Positions 17,644 to 34,224 of a DNA stretch of 64,000 bases are shown here, in pieces; position 1 is the first letter of the stretch, and every line of letters begins with the position of its first letter. This stretch comes from the human T2T-CHM13v2.0 reference genome, Homo sapiens. The position numbers and the translations under genes were made by a program. The stretch is from NCBI RefSeq assembly GCF_009914755.1, contig NC_060925.1, one strand, 5' to 3'. The notes below the pieces were generated by a model. The model did no database searches. It was not told the DNA's origin and saw only the letters and a program-made list of their open reading frames with translations.

Positions 17644-19141
17644 CTTTGTGGTTTTATCTACTTTTGGTCTTTGCTGATGGTGATGTACAGATTGGTTTTT
17701 GGTGTGGATGTCCTTTCTGTTTGTTAGTTTTCCTTTTAACAGACAGGACCCTCAGCTGCAGGTCTGTTGGAGTTTGCTAGAGGTCCACTCCAGACCCTGT
17801 TTGCCTGGGTATCAGCAGCAGTGTCTGCAGAACCGCGGATTTTCGTGAACCGCGAATGCTGCTGTCTGATCCTTCCTCTGGAAGTTTTGTCTCAGAGGAG
17901 TACCCGGCCGTGGGAGGTGTCAGTCTGCCCCTACTGGGGGGTGCCTCCCAGTTAGGCTGCTCGGGGGTCAGGGGTCAGGGACCCACTTGAGGAGGCAGTC
18001 TGCCCGTTCTCAGGTCTCCAGCTGCGTGCTGGGAGAACCACTGCTCTCTTCAACGCTGTCAGACAGGAACATTTAAGTCTGCAGAGGTTACTGCTGTCTT
18101 TTTGTTTGTCTGTGCCCTGCCCCCAGAGGTGGAGCCTACAGAGGCAGGCAGGCCTCCTTGAGCTGTGGTGGGCTCCACCCAGTTCGAGCTTCCTGGCTGT
18201 TTTGTTTACCTAAGGGAGCCTGGGCCATGGCAGGTGCCCCTCCCCCAGCCTCGCTGCCGCCTTGAAGTTTGATCTCAGACTGCTGTGCTAGCAATCAGCG
18301 AGACTCCGTGGGCGTAGGACCCTCCGAGCCAAGTGCGGGCTATAATTCTCCTGGTGCGCCCTTTCCTAAGCCTGTCGGAAAAGCTCAGTATTCAGGTGGG
18401 AGTGACCCGATTTTCCAGGTGCCGTCTGTCACCTCTTTCCTTGACCGGGAAAGGGAACTCCCTGACCCCTTGCGCTTCCTGAGTGAGGCAATGCCTTGCC
18501 CTGCTTTGGCTCGCGCACAGCGCGCTGCACCCACTGTCCTGCACCCACTGTCTGGCACTCCCTAGTGAGATGAACCCAGTACCTCAGATGGAAATGCAGA
18601 AATCACCCGTCTTCTGCGTGGCTCACACTGGGAGCTGTAGACCAGAGCTGTTCCTATTCGGCCACCTTGGCTCCTCCCCCCATCATGTGGTTTTTGTCAT
18701 TGGTTCTGTTTATGTGATAGATTATGTTTATTGATTTGTGTATGTTGAAGCAGCCTTGCATCCTAGAGATGAAGCCGACTTCATCGTGGTGGATGAGCTT
18801 TTTGATGTGCTGCTGGATTCTTTTTGCCAGTATTTTATTGAGGATCTTTGCACCAATGTTCATCAGGGATATTGGCCTGAAATTTTCTTTTTTTGTTTTG
18901 TCTATGCCAGGTTTTAGTATCAGGATGATGCGGGCCTCATAAACGAGTTATGGAGGAATCCCTCTTTTTCTGTTGTTTAGAATAATTTCAGAAGGAATGG
19001 TACCAGCTCCTCTTTGTACCTCTGGTAGAATTCGGCTGTGAATCTGTCTGGTCCTGGGCCTTTTTTGGTTGGTAGGCTATTAATTACTGGCTCAATTTCA
19101 GACCCTGTTTTTGGTCTATTCAGGGATTTGACTTCTTCCTA

Positions 19142-19354
<213 letters not shown>

Positions 19355-22300
19355 TCAAAAATCCAGCTCCTGGATTCACTGAGTTTTTGAAGGGTTTTTC
19401 GTGTCTCTATCTTCTTCAGTTCTGCCCTGATCTTAGTTATTTCTTGTCTTCTGCTAGCTTTTGAATTTGTCTGCTCTTGCTTCTCTAGTTCTTTTAATTG
19501 TGATGATAGGGTGTCAATTTTAGATCTTTCCTGCTTTCTCTTGTGGGCATTTAGTGCTATAAATTTCCCTCTAAACACCGCTTTATATATGTCCCAGAGA
19601 TTCTGGTACGTTGTGTCTTTGTTCTCACTGGTTTCAAAGAACATCTTTATTTCTGCATTAATTTCATTATTTACCCAGTAGTCATTCAGGAGCAGGTTGT
19701 TCAGTTTCCATGTAGTTGTGCAGTTCTGAGTGAGTTTCTTAATCCTCAGTTATAATTTGATTACACTGTGGTCTGAGAGACAGTTTGTTATGATTTCTGT
19801 TCTTTTGCATTTGCTGAGGAGTGTTTTACTTCCAATTATGTGGTCAATTTTAGAATAAGCGCGATGTGGTGCTGAGAAGAATGTATATTCTGTTGATTTG
19901 GGGTGGAGAGTTCTGTAGATGCCTATTAGGTCTTCTTGGTCCAGAGCTGAGTTCAAGTCCTGAATATGCTTGTTAATTTTCTTTCTTGTTGATCTGTCTA
20001 ATATTGACAGTGGGGTGCTAAAGTTTCCCACTATTATCATGTGGCAGTTTAAGTCTCTTTGTAGGTCTTTAAGAACTTGCTTTATGAGTCTGGGTGCTCC
20101 TGTATTGGGTGCATATATTTAGGATAGTTAGCTCTTCTTGTTGCATTGATCCCTTTACCATTATGTCATGCTCTTTTTTGTCTTTTTTGGTCTTTGTTGG
20201 TTTAAAGTCTGTTTTATCGGAGACTAGGATTGCAACCCCTGCTTTTTCTTTTTCGCTTTCCATTTGCTTGATAAATATTCCTCCATCCCTTTATTTTGAG
20301 CCTATGTGTCTCACATGCAAAGGCATGTGAGACTGGTCTCCTGAATACAGCACACTGATGGGTCGTGACTGTTTTTCCAATTTGGCAGTCTGTGTCTTTT
20401 AATTGGGGCATTTAGCCCATTTACATTTAAAGTTAATATTGTTATGTGTGAATTTGATCCTGTCATTATGATGCTAGCTGGTTGTTTTGCCCATTAGTTG
20501 ATGCAGTTTCTTCATAGTGTTGATGGTCTTTACTATTTGGTATGTTTTTACAGTGGCTGGTACTGGTTTTTCCTTTCCATGTTTAATGCTTCCTTCAGGA
20601 GCTCTTTTAAGGCAGGCCTGGTGGTGACAGAATCTCTCAGCATTTGCTTGTCTGTAAAGGATTTTATTTCTCCTTCACTTATGAAGCTTAGTTTGGCTGG
20701 ATATGAAATCCTGGGTTGAAAGTTCTTTTCTTTAAGAATGTTGAATATTGGCCCCCACTCTCTTCTGGCTTGTAGAGTTTCTGCAGACATATCCACTGTT
20801 AGTCTGATGGGCTTCCCTTTGTGGGTAACTTGACCTTTCTCTCTGGCTGCCCTTGACGTTTTTTCCTTCATTTCAACCTTGGTGAATTTGACGATTATAT
20901 GTCTTCAGGTTGCTCTTCTCGAGGAGTATCTTTGTGGTGTTCTCGTATTTCTTGAATTTGAATGTTGGCCTGTCTTACTAGGTTGGGGAAGTTCTCCTGG
21001 ATAATATCCTGCAGAGTGTTTTCCAACTTGGTTCTGTTCTCCCCATCACTTTCAGGTACACCAATCAAACATAGGTTTGGTCTTTTCACATAGTCCCATA
21101 TTTCTTGGAGGCTTAGTTCATTTCTTTGCATTCTTTTTTTTTAATCTTGTCTTCATGCTTTATTTCATTAAGTTGATCTTCAATCTCTGACATCCTTTCT
21201 TCCGCTTGTTCAATTTGGCTATTGATACCTGTGTATGCTTTACAAAGTTCTCATGCTGTGTTTTTCAGCTCCATCAGGTCATTTATGTTCTTCTATATAC
21301 TGGTTTTTCTAGTTCGCAATTCCTCTAACCTTTTTTCAACATTCTTAGCTTCCTTGCATTGGGTTAGAACATGCTTCTTTAGCTCAGAGGAGTTTGTTAT
21401 TACCCACCTTCTGAAGCCTACTTCTGTCAATTCATCAAACTCATTCTGTTCCCTTCCTGGTGAGGAGTTGTGATCCTTTAAATGAGAAGCGGCATTCTGG
21501 TTTTTGGAATTTTAAGCCTCTTTGTGCTCGTTTTTCCTCATCTTCATGGATTTATCTAACTTTGGTCTTTGATGTTGGTGACCTTTGAATGGGGTTTTTC
21601 TGTGGAATCCTTTTTGCTGATGTTGATGCTATTCCTTTCTGTGTGTTAGTTTTCCTTCTACCAGTCAGGCCCTTCTGCTGCAGGTCTGATGGAGTTTGCT
21701 TGAGGTTCACTCCAGACCCTGTTTGCCTGGGTATCACCAGCGGAGGCTGCAGACCAGCAAAGATTCCTGCCTGTTCCTTTCTCTGGCAGCTTCGTCCCAG
21801 AGGGGTACCCACCAGATGCCAGCTGGAGCTCTCCTGTATGAGGTGTCCGTTGACCCCTGCTGGGAGGTGTCTCTCAGTCAAGAGGCAGGGTGGTTAGGAA
21901 CCCATTTGAGGAGGCAGTCTGTCCTTTAGTAAAGCTGAAGCGCTGTGCTGGGGGATCCACTGCTCTCTTCAGAGCCATCAGGCAGGAATGTTTAAGTCTG
22001 CTGAAGCTGTGTCCACAGCCACATTCTTCCCCCAGGGAGAATGCTGTGTCCCAGGGAGATGGGAGTTTTATCTATAAGCCCCTGACTGGGGCTGCTGCCT
22101 TTCTTTCAGAGATGCCCTGCCCAGAGAGGAGGAATCTAGAGAGGCAGTCTGGCTACAGAGGCTTTGTGTGCAGCAGTGGGCTCCACCCAGTTCAAACTTC
22201 CCAGAGACCTTGTTTACACTGTGAGGGGAAAACTGCCTATTCAAGACTCAGTAATGACGGACATTCCTTCCCCCACCAAGCTTGAGTGTCCCAGGTCGAT

Positions 22301-23682
22301 TTCTGCTGTGCTGGCAGGGAGAATTTCAAGCCAGTGGATCTTAGCTTGCTGGGCTCCATGGGGGTGGTATCCGCTGAGCTAGACCATTTGACTCCCTGGC
22401 TTCAGCCTTTCCGGGGAAGTGAACGGTTCTGTCTGTCTTGCTGGCATTCCAGGCACTGCTGGGGTATGAAAAAAAAAACTCCTGCAACTAGTTTGGTGTC
22501 TGCCCAAATGGCTGACCACTTTTGTGCTTGAAACCCAGGGCCCTGGTGGTGTAGGCACCCGAGGGAATCTCCTGGTCTGTGGGTTGGGAAGGCCATGGGA
22601 AAAGCATAATATCTGGGCCAGAGTGCACTGTCCCTCACGGCACAGTCCTTCATGGCTTCCCTTGGCTAGGGGAGGGAGTTTCTTGATCCCTTGCACTTCC
22701 TGGATGAGCCAACGCCCCATCCTGCTTCAGCTCACCCTCCGTGGGCGGCACCCACTGTCTAACCAGTAGGAATGAGATGAGCCGGGTACCTCAGTTGGAA
22801 ATGCAGAAATCACCTGCCTCCTGCGTTGATCTCCCTGGGAGCTACAGACCAGAGCTGTTCCTATTCGGCCATCTTGCCAGCCACCCCCGCCTGTTCTTTT
22901 TTTGTGTTCTTCTTGCTAAATTTATTTAGCATGAGAACAGCAATAGCATGTTCTCACATAAGAAGCTGACTAACAGAATGCACAGCATATAAAAAATGTG
23001 CTATTTGTATAGAAATAATTTGTCAACTTCAGCAATCAGTTTGAGACCCACATATCACCTGGATGAATGGTTCTCCTGCAGAATCTGATTCAGAGGAAAG
23101 AGTCATGTGGTGCGGTGACTTGAAAGAGCTGTGGTGAATAATTGAATTCTAAGAATGGCCACAGTAGACTCCCTGTTAATATTTCTGAAAAGTAGGGTTA
23201 TGGAGCACATATTATTAAACTGTTATTTTTAATAGACATCTTATACTTGTATCTGGTCTGTAAGACCAGTCATATTAGTGTACATTTTTCAATTAGTTTA
23301 CTTTGGAAGTGGGCACAGGGGTCTACACTGCTCAAATCTGTAATTATAATTACCTTATGATAATTTATTATGGCAATGATGGGAATTTGCTTATTTTTCT
23401 TTGAAAAATGTTTTCAAGCTATACTTGTTTCTGCCATGATAGAGAACTTTTGCAACATTCATTTTTGTTGTGAGAGTAGAGCCACAATGATTTTCTAATG
23501 AGAATTGATTAAGCCCTTTCCTTACCCTAGCCCAGTTCTAAGTATTGTCAGTGGTGATTGGGATAGAGGGTAGTCTGTTTGGCATGTTTCCATGTCATGT
23601 GAGGATGTCAACCCTCCGTCTTTTTGAATGACTGCTAAGGCACATTACTCCTTTTAACTGTCAACAGAGAATGACTACTACT

Positions 23683-24038
23683 GTGGTCTGAATGTTTGTG
23701 CCACCACAGAATTCATATGTTGAAACCTAATTACCAATGCAATAGCATTAAGAGGTGGGGCCTTTAGGAGGTTATTAGGTCATGAGGGTGGAGCCCTCAT
23801 GAATGGGATTAGTGCCCTTATAAAAGAGGCTGCAGCGGAGCTTGTTCACCCCTTCTGCCATGTGAAGACATGGCAAGAAGGCACCATCTATGAGAAGTAG
23901 TCCTTCACCAGAGATTGAATCTGCTGGCATGTTGATCTTGGACTTTCCAGCCTCCAGAATTGTGAGCAATACATTTCCTTTCTTTATAAGCCACTGAGTT
24001 CGTGGTATTTTGTTATAGCAGCCCAAATGAATGAAGAA
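23683..24038 (+). mobile_element. MaLR solo LTR (MLT1A-like)
   Basis: tgtggtctgaatgtttgtg...ggactttccagcctccagaa...gtattttgttatagcagccc. Confidence 0.82.
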
Positions 24039-25004
24039 AACTGCATTCCAGGGGAATGTTAGGCAGTATTATCTCACCTCTTCATAGTGTGATGTCTGTG
24101 ACTGGCTCAGTTCATGCAGCTCTACTTGTGGAATGTGCATTACATTTATTTATCTATATCAGGAATTCTTAATCCTGGAGAAATTTCAAGGGATTGTTAA
24201 CCCCTTGAAATTATAGCCCTAATTTTAGTTGTATGTGCTTCCTCATGGCGTTGATACACTTCTTTCACCAAATTCTCAGTCAGGTCCATGTTCCAAAAAA
24301 TGGTTAAGAATCACCATTTTGAAATCCTTCTTGCTATTATGCCAGATTCTCAAACAGCTGTATCTGGATGATAGGAGAATGCCTCTTTGAAGGTTGCTTT
24401 TGTGCATGTTGGCATGGGGGAGGTGCTAAAATTTCAGATGGGATGGCCAGGGCAGGCTCCTTTAGAAGGTGAGTTGAGTGGTGGGGAGAGCAGTGGATGA
24501 CGAGTGGGATCTGGGACCTTGTAGTCCTGTTCAGGACTTGGACTTTTACTACAAGTGACAGGAGAGGGCTGTAGTGCTTTGAGAAAGAGAGACATGATCT
24601 GGTCAATGTGTTAATAAGATCACTGTGACTACTGTGTTAGAGAGACATGATCTGATCTGTGTTAAGAAGATCACTTTAACTGCTATGTTGATAACTGACT
24701 GAACTGGGGAGCAAGGACAGAAGTAGAGAGCCTCTTCTGATAGTTCCGGGAAGAAATAATTGTGGCATAGAACAGGGTATTGGTAGTGGAGAGGGTGACA
24801 AATTATTAAATTTTGAAATTGCTTTGAAACTCTGGTATTATTAGGATGTTCATGAGGATGTTAGCTGTTATTTTATAAAATTAATCAATAATTTTCTTAG
24901 TGTTAGGATTATTTGTACTCTTCTCCTAAACTGTTCATTTCATTTTAACTACTCAGAATTTATAATTGAACAATACAACCATAAGAAAAGTTAGAACAAA
25001 TTAA

Positions 25005-25487
<483 letters not shown>

Positions 25488-26210
25488 TAGGGTGCATGTT
25501 TCTCTCATTGAATCTATGTCAGATACCACCTTTCACTGTCTCTTCAAGGTTGTGTCTATGTCCTTTTTACACTTGTGATTGTTTCTCTGTTATTTAAGAA
25601 TGAAACCTGATTCCACGAATCCAAACCATCAGAATAGTTTGTGTTTTGCATGGAACATTAAATAAAGAAGTGGTTGTTTTATGTAAGGAAAACTGCTGAT
25701 CTATTTGATCACTTAACTGAGGAGACCAGGTGAATTAAAAACGAGCCAAATCATTTGTTGAACTGAATTACTATAGTCACTAGTAAGTTTCATCAAAGCA
25801 ATCCAGTGATATGTTGTATCTGTGACACATCTTGACTATAAAACTTGCCCTTGAGTTTATTTTATGAGAACATCTTATATCAAGAACAGGTAGCATAAAA
25901 AGCAGGGAGGAATTTGTACTCATTTAATATAATTAAATCATGAGGGTTCCAAACAGTGTACTGATTTCTAGAAATCCTAAAGAACCATTGTGATATCAGT
26001 GTATAAAGAACAAAAATTCTGATGACAAACTTGTAGTGTGAAAAACAAATTTACTGGACTACCCACTGTTTATACTCATTTATTTTCTTCCTGATAGTAA
26101 GTTGTAAAATAAACAAACACTTTTTTCCATTTACTTATCATGTGGTGCCAATTCTCACTTATCATATGGTGCCAATTCTCAGATATGAGTCATGAGACAT
26201 GTTTCTTAAT

Positions 26211-26242
<32 letters not shown>

Positions 26243-26491
26243 AATCAGAAGTTTTTTTTTTTGTTTTTTTTTTGTTTTTTTTTTTTTTTATACTTTAAGT
26301 TTTAGGGTACATGTGCACATTGTGCAGGTTAGTTACATATGTATACATGTGCCATGCTGGTGCGCTGCACCCACTAACTTGTCATCTAGCATTAGGTATA
26401 TCTCCCAATGCTATCCCTCCCCCCTCCCCCCACCCCACAACAGTCCCCAGAGTGTGATATTCCCCTTCCTGTGTCCATGTGATCTCATTGT

Positions 26492-30319
<3,828 letters not shown>

Positions 30320-30382
30320 TATGATGTTAGCTGGTGATTTTGCTCGTTAGTTGATGCAGTTTCTTCCTAGTCTCGATGGTCT

Positions 30383-31399
30383 TTACATTTTGGCATGATT
30401 TTGCAGCGGCTGGTACCGGTTGTTCCTTTCCATGTTTAGTGCTTCCTTCAGGAGCTCTTTTAGGGCAGGCCTGGTGGTGACAAAATCTCTCAGCATTTGC
30501 TTGTCTGTAAAGGATTTTATTTCTCCTTCACTTATGAAGCTTAGTTTGGCTGGATATGAAATTCTGGGTTGAAAATTCTTTTCTTTAAGAATGTTGAATA
30601 TTGGCCCCCACTCTCTTCTGGCTTGTAGGGTTTCTGATGAGAGATCCGCTGTTAGTCTGATGGGCTTCCCTTTGAGGGTAACCCGACCTTTCTCTCTGGC
30701 TGCCTTTAACATTTTTTCCTTCATTTCAACTTTGGTGAATCTGACAATTATGTGTCTTGGAGTTGCTCTTCTCGAGGAGTATCTTTGTGGCGTTCTCTGT
30801 ATTTCCTGAATCTGAACGTTGGCCTGCCTTGCTAGATTGGGGAAGTTCTCCTGGATAATATCCTGCAGAGTTTTTTCCAACTTGGTTCCATTCTCCCCAT
30901 CACTTTCAGGTACACCAATCAGACGTAGATTTGGTCTTTTCACATAGTCCCATATTTCTTGGAGGCTTTGCTCATTTCTTTTTATTCGTTTTTCTCTAAA
31001 CTTCCCTTCTCGCTTCATTTCATTCATTTCATCTTCCATCGCTGATACCCTTTCTTCCAGTTGATCGCATCGGCTCCTGAGGCTTCTGCATTCTTCACGT
31101 AGTTCTCGAGCCTTGGTTTTCAGCTCCATCAGCTCCTTTAAGCACTTCTCTGTATTGGTTATTCTAGTTATACATTCTTCTAAATTTTTTTCAAAGTTTT
31201 CAACTTCTTTGCCTTTGGTTTGAATGTCCTCCCGTAGCTCAGAGTAATTTGATCGTCTGAAGCCTTCTTCTCTCAGCTCGTCAAAGTCATTCTCCATCCA
31301 GCTTTGTTCCGTTGCTGGTGAGGAACTGCGTTCCTTTGGAGGAGGAGAGACGCTCTGCGTTTTAGAGTTTCCAGTTTTTCTGTTCTGTTTTTTCCCCAT
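30383..31399 (-). CDS. Intact L1 ORF1p (338 aa RNA-binding chaperone)
   Basis: The ORF track gives a full 338-aa ORF1p with REKG, ARR and YPAKLS motifs present. Confidence 0.95.
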   Translation of the reverse strand: MGKKQNRKTGNSKTQSVSPPPKERSSSPATEQSWMENDFDELREEGFRRSNYSELREDIQTKGKEVENFEKNLEECITRITNTEKCLKELMELKTKARELREECRSLRSRCDQLEERVSAMEDEMNEMKREGKFREKRIKRNEQSLQEIWDYVKRPNLRLIGVPESDGENGTKLEKTLQDIIQENFPNLARQANVQIQEIQRTPQRYSSRRATPRHIIVRFTKVEMKEKMLKAAREKGRVTLKGKPIRLTADLSSETLQARREWGPIFNILKEKNFQPRISYPAKLSFISEGEIKSFTDKQMLRDFVTTRPALKELLKEALNMERNNRYQPLQNHAKM

Positions 31400-32301
31400 C
31401 TTTGTGGTTTTATCTACTTTTGGTCTTTGATGATGGTGATGTACAGATGGGTTTTCGGTGTGGATGTCCTTTCTGTTTGTTAGTTTTCCTTCTAACAGAC
31501 AGGACCCTCAGCTGCAGGTCTGTTGGAATACCCTGCCGTGTGAGGTGTCAGGGTGCTCCTGCTGGGGGGTGCCTCCCAGTTAGGCTGCTCGGGGGTCAGG
31601 GGTCAGGAACCCACTTGAGGAGGCAGTCTGCCGGTTCTCAGATCTCCAGCTGCGTGCTGGGAGAGCCACTGCTCTCTTCAAAGCTGTCAGACAGGGACAT
31701 TTAAGTCTGCAGAGGTTACTGCTGTCTTTTTGTTTGTCTGTGCCCTGCCCCCAGAGGTGGAGCCTACAGAGGCAGGCAGGCCTCCTTGAGCTGTGGTGGG
31801 CTCCACCCAGTTGGAGCTTCCCGCTGCTTTGTTTACCTGATCAAGCCTGGGCAATGGTGGGCGCCCCTCCCCCAGCCTCGCTGCCGCCTTGCAGTTTGAT
31901 CTCAGACTGCTGTGCTAGCAATCAGCGAGATTCCGTGGGCGTAGGACCCTCCGAGCCAGGTGTGGGATATAATCTCGTGGTGCGCCGTTTTTTAAGTCAG
32001 TCAGAAAAGCGCAGTATTCGGGTGGGAGTGACCCGATTTTCCAGGTGCGTCCGTCACCCCTTTCTTTGACTCGGAAAGGGAACTCCCTGACCCCTTGCGC
32101 TTCCCAGGTGAGGCAATGCCTCGCCCTGCTTCGGCTCGCACACGGTGCGTGCACCCACTGGCCTGCGCCCACTGTCTGGCACTCCCTAGTGAGATGAACC
32201 CGGTACCTCAGATGGAAATGCAGAAATCACCCGTCTTCTGCGTTGCTCATGCTGGGAGCTGTAGACCGGAGCTGTTCCTATTCGGCCATCTTGGCTCCTC
32301 C
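31400..32301. promoter_or_regulatory. CpG-rich L1 5'UTR: sense promoter (minus strand, intact YY1 site) and antisense promoter pointing into LEPR
   Basis: Many CpGs retained; CAAGATGGCCG at 32283-32293 (minus). The antisense promoter position (~31700-31900) is taken from established L1 biology; activity at this locus cannot be seen in the sequence. Confidence 0.75.
31854..32069 (+). CDS. Intact L1 antisense ORF0 (71 aa, MVGAPPPASLPPCSLISDCC...RCVRHPFL)
   Basis: ATG at 31854 in context gcaATGg; 216 nt including the stop; the last 71 residues of ORF 31734..32069. Splice donors CAG|gtgtgg after 31959 (nt 106) and CAG|gtgcgt after 32044 (nt 191). Confidence 0.88.
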   Translation: MVGAPPPASLPPCSLISDCCASNQRDSVGVGPSEPGVGYNLVVRRFLSQSEKRSIRVGVTRFSRCVRHPFL

Positions 32302-32379
32302 GTGAATCCGTTTCTTAATGTTTTACACTATTCTTTGTGGTAAAGTGTGGTTTCCATTTTAAATTACATCTCTCAGAAT

Positions 32380-32550
32380 AATAGGCAGCTCTGAAAGGGG
32401 TTGTAGAGACCATCTAACAGTCTGATTTGTAGATGAGGAACCTGAGGTCTAGAGTGTTGAAAACCCAAGTCCCACAGCTGATTACCGGAAGAGCTTAGCC
32501 TGGCACCCAACACTCCTGATGCCTAATTCAGGTAGGTTTTCATCCAAAGT
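32380..32550 (-). repeat. MIR fragment
   Basis: Core-like tttgtagatgaggaacctgagg...cccaagtcccacagct. Confidence 0.6.
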
Positions 32551-33270
32551 CCAAGCCACATATATTAAAATTATACTACTATTTGGATTTATGACATAGT
32601 AGTACAAATAATCATATTTGTGATACTCCAACTTGAGTAGAACTCATAGGAAATCTTGTCTCTGAAGTCGGACTTCATGTGGGTATATTAAGCCACCAGA
32701 CTTTTAATTATTCTAACTCTCCAATATTACCTCATCTGCAAATAAACAATAGGTTTCCAAAGGTCTACTGGTAAAATTTCTCCTCTTTATTGGAAATAAA
32801 TAGGCAGTTGTTACCTATGCAATAATTATTTGGCCTTACAATATCATAGTAAAGATAAAGACTTTAGAAAACAGGGAAATTTTAAGACCTGAGCATGAAA
32901 GAAATTGAAGACGGTGATATTAATGATGTTAAATTAGCTGTTACATATTTTATCAACATTGTGAGCACTTGCATTTAGTTAAAATTTCAGTCTTATCCCG
33001 TGATACCTGTCCTGGTTTGTTATGGCATAAAGGAACATTCAGTTTAAATTTTTTCGACTTGTATTTTTAATGATGTAAGATAGGATGCGTACAGGAATAA
33101 ATCTGTAGCCTAATTTTACGTGAGATATTTCTCAGATATTGATCTAGAGTATCACATGTAAATTTAGAGACTTATCTATAATCCCTTTCCTTTTATGTTT
33201 TCCACAGACAACTTATATATATGTGTTTTTGTTTTTGTGTGTGTTCTGATTTTAGATTTACCTTTTCCAG

Positions 33271-33330
33271 GTGTACTTCTCTGAAGTAAGATGATTTGTC
33301 AAAAATTCTGTGTGGTTTTGTTACATTGGG
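33271..33330 (+). CDS. LEPR: LEPR first coding exon (commonly exon 3): 20 nt 5'UTR, ATG at 33291, signal peptide start MICQKFCVVLLHW
   Basis: Acceptor ccttttccag at 33261-33270 and donor G|gtaagt at 33331. The 40 coding nt (phase 1) translate to the recognisable human LEPR N-terminus. Too short for the ORF track. Confidence 0.97.
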
Positions 33331-33559
33331 GTAAGTTATTTGCTCATTTGCTGTTTTAATGCCCTTAAACATGGTAGAGATTTTGCCTTTAGAGATGCTG
33401 TTTTATTTATTAGCTAACAGAATTTCCTATTTCTAGTTAGGAATTCTCATACATGCTTATGATTAAAAATGCAAACCATAGTATAGGTGTATCAGTGTGA
33501 AAACGAAAACCCTTCCCAACCTCCTAAAGACAACCTGATGGTGTATCCTTCCAGAATCC

Positions 33560-33632
33560 TCTCTCTCTCACACACACACACACACACAGACTCACACACA
33601 CAGACTCACACACACACATACACAGACACACT
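33560..33632. repeat. (CT)n(CA)n compound microsatellite
   Basis: Read directly; ~230 nt downstream of the first coding exon. Confidence 0.92.
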
Positions 33633-33865
33633 CATATCTATAGCTGCAAAAATAGCACTGGTCTGTACATGTTGTTCTGGATGTTTATTTTTCCATTTAA
33701 CAGGTTTCCAATTTATCATGATGGCTTTTTACCTTTATCAGTATTTACCGGGATACTTATTAGTTTAATGGTTGCATGACAATGCACTGTATGAATATAT
33801 ATAAAATTATTAGTCTATTTGACCAATTCCTGATTGATAGACATTTCTTTTTCTGTAACAAATAA

Positions 33866-34224
<359 letters not shown>

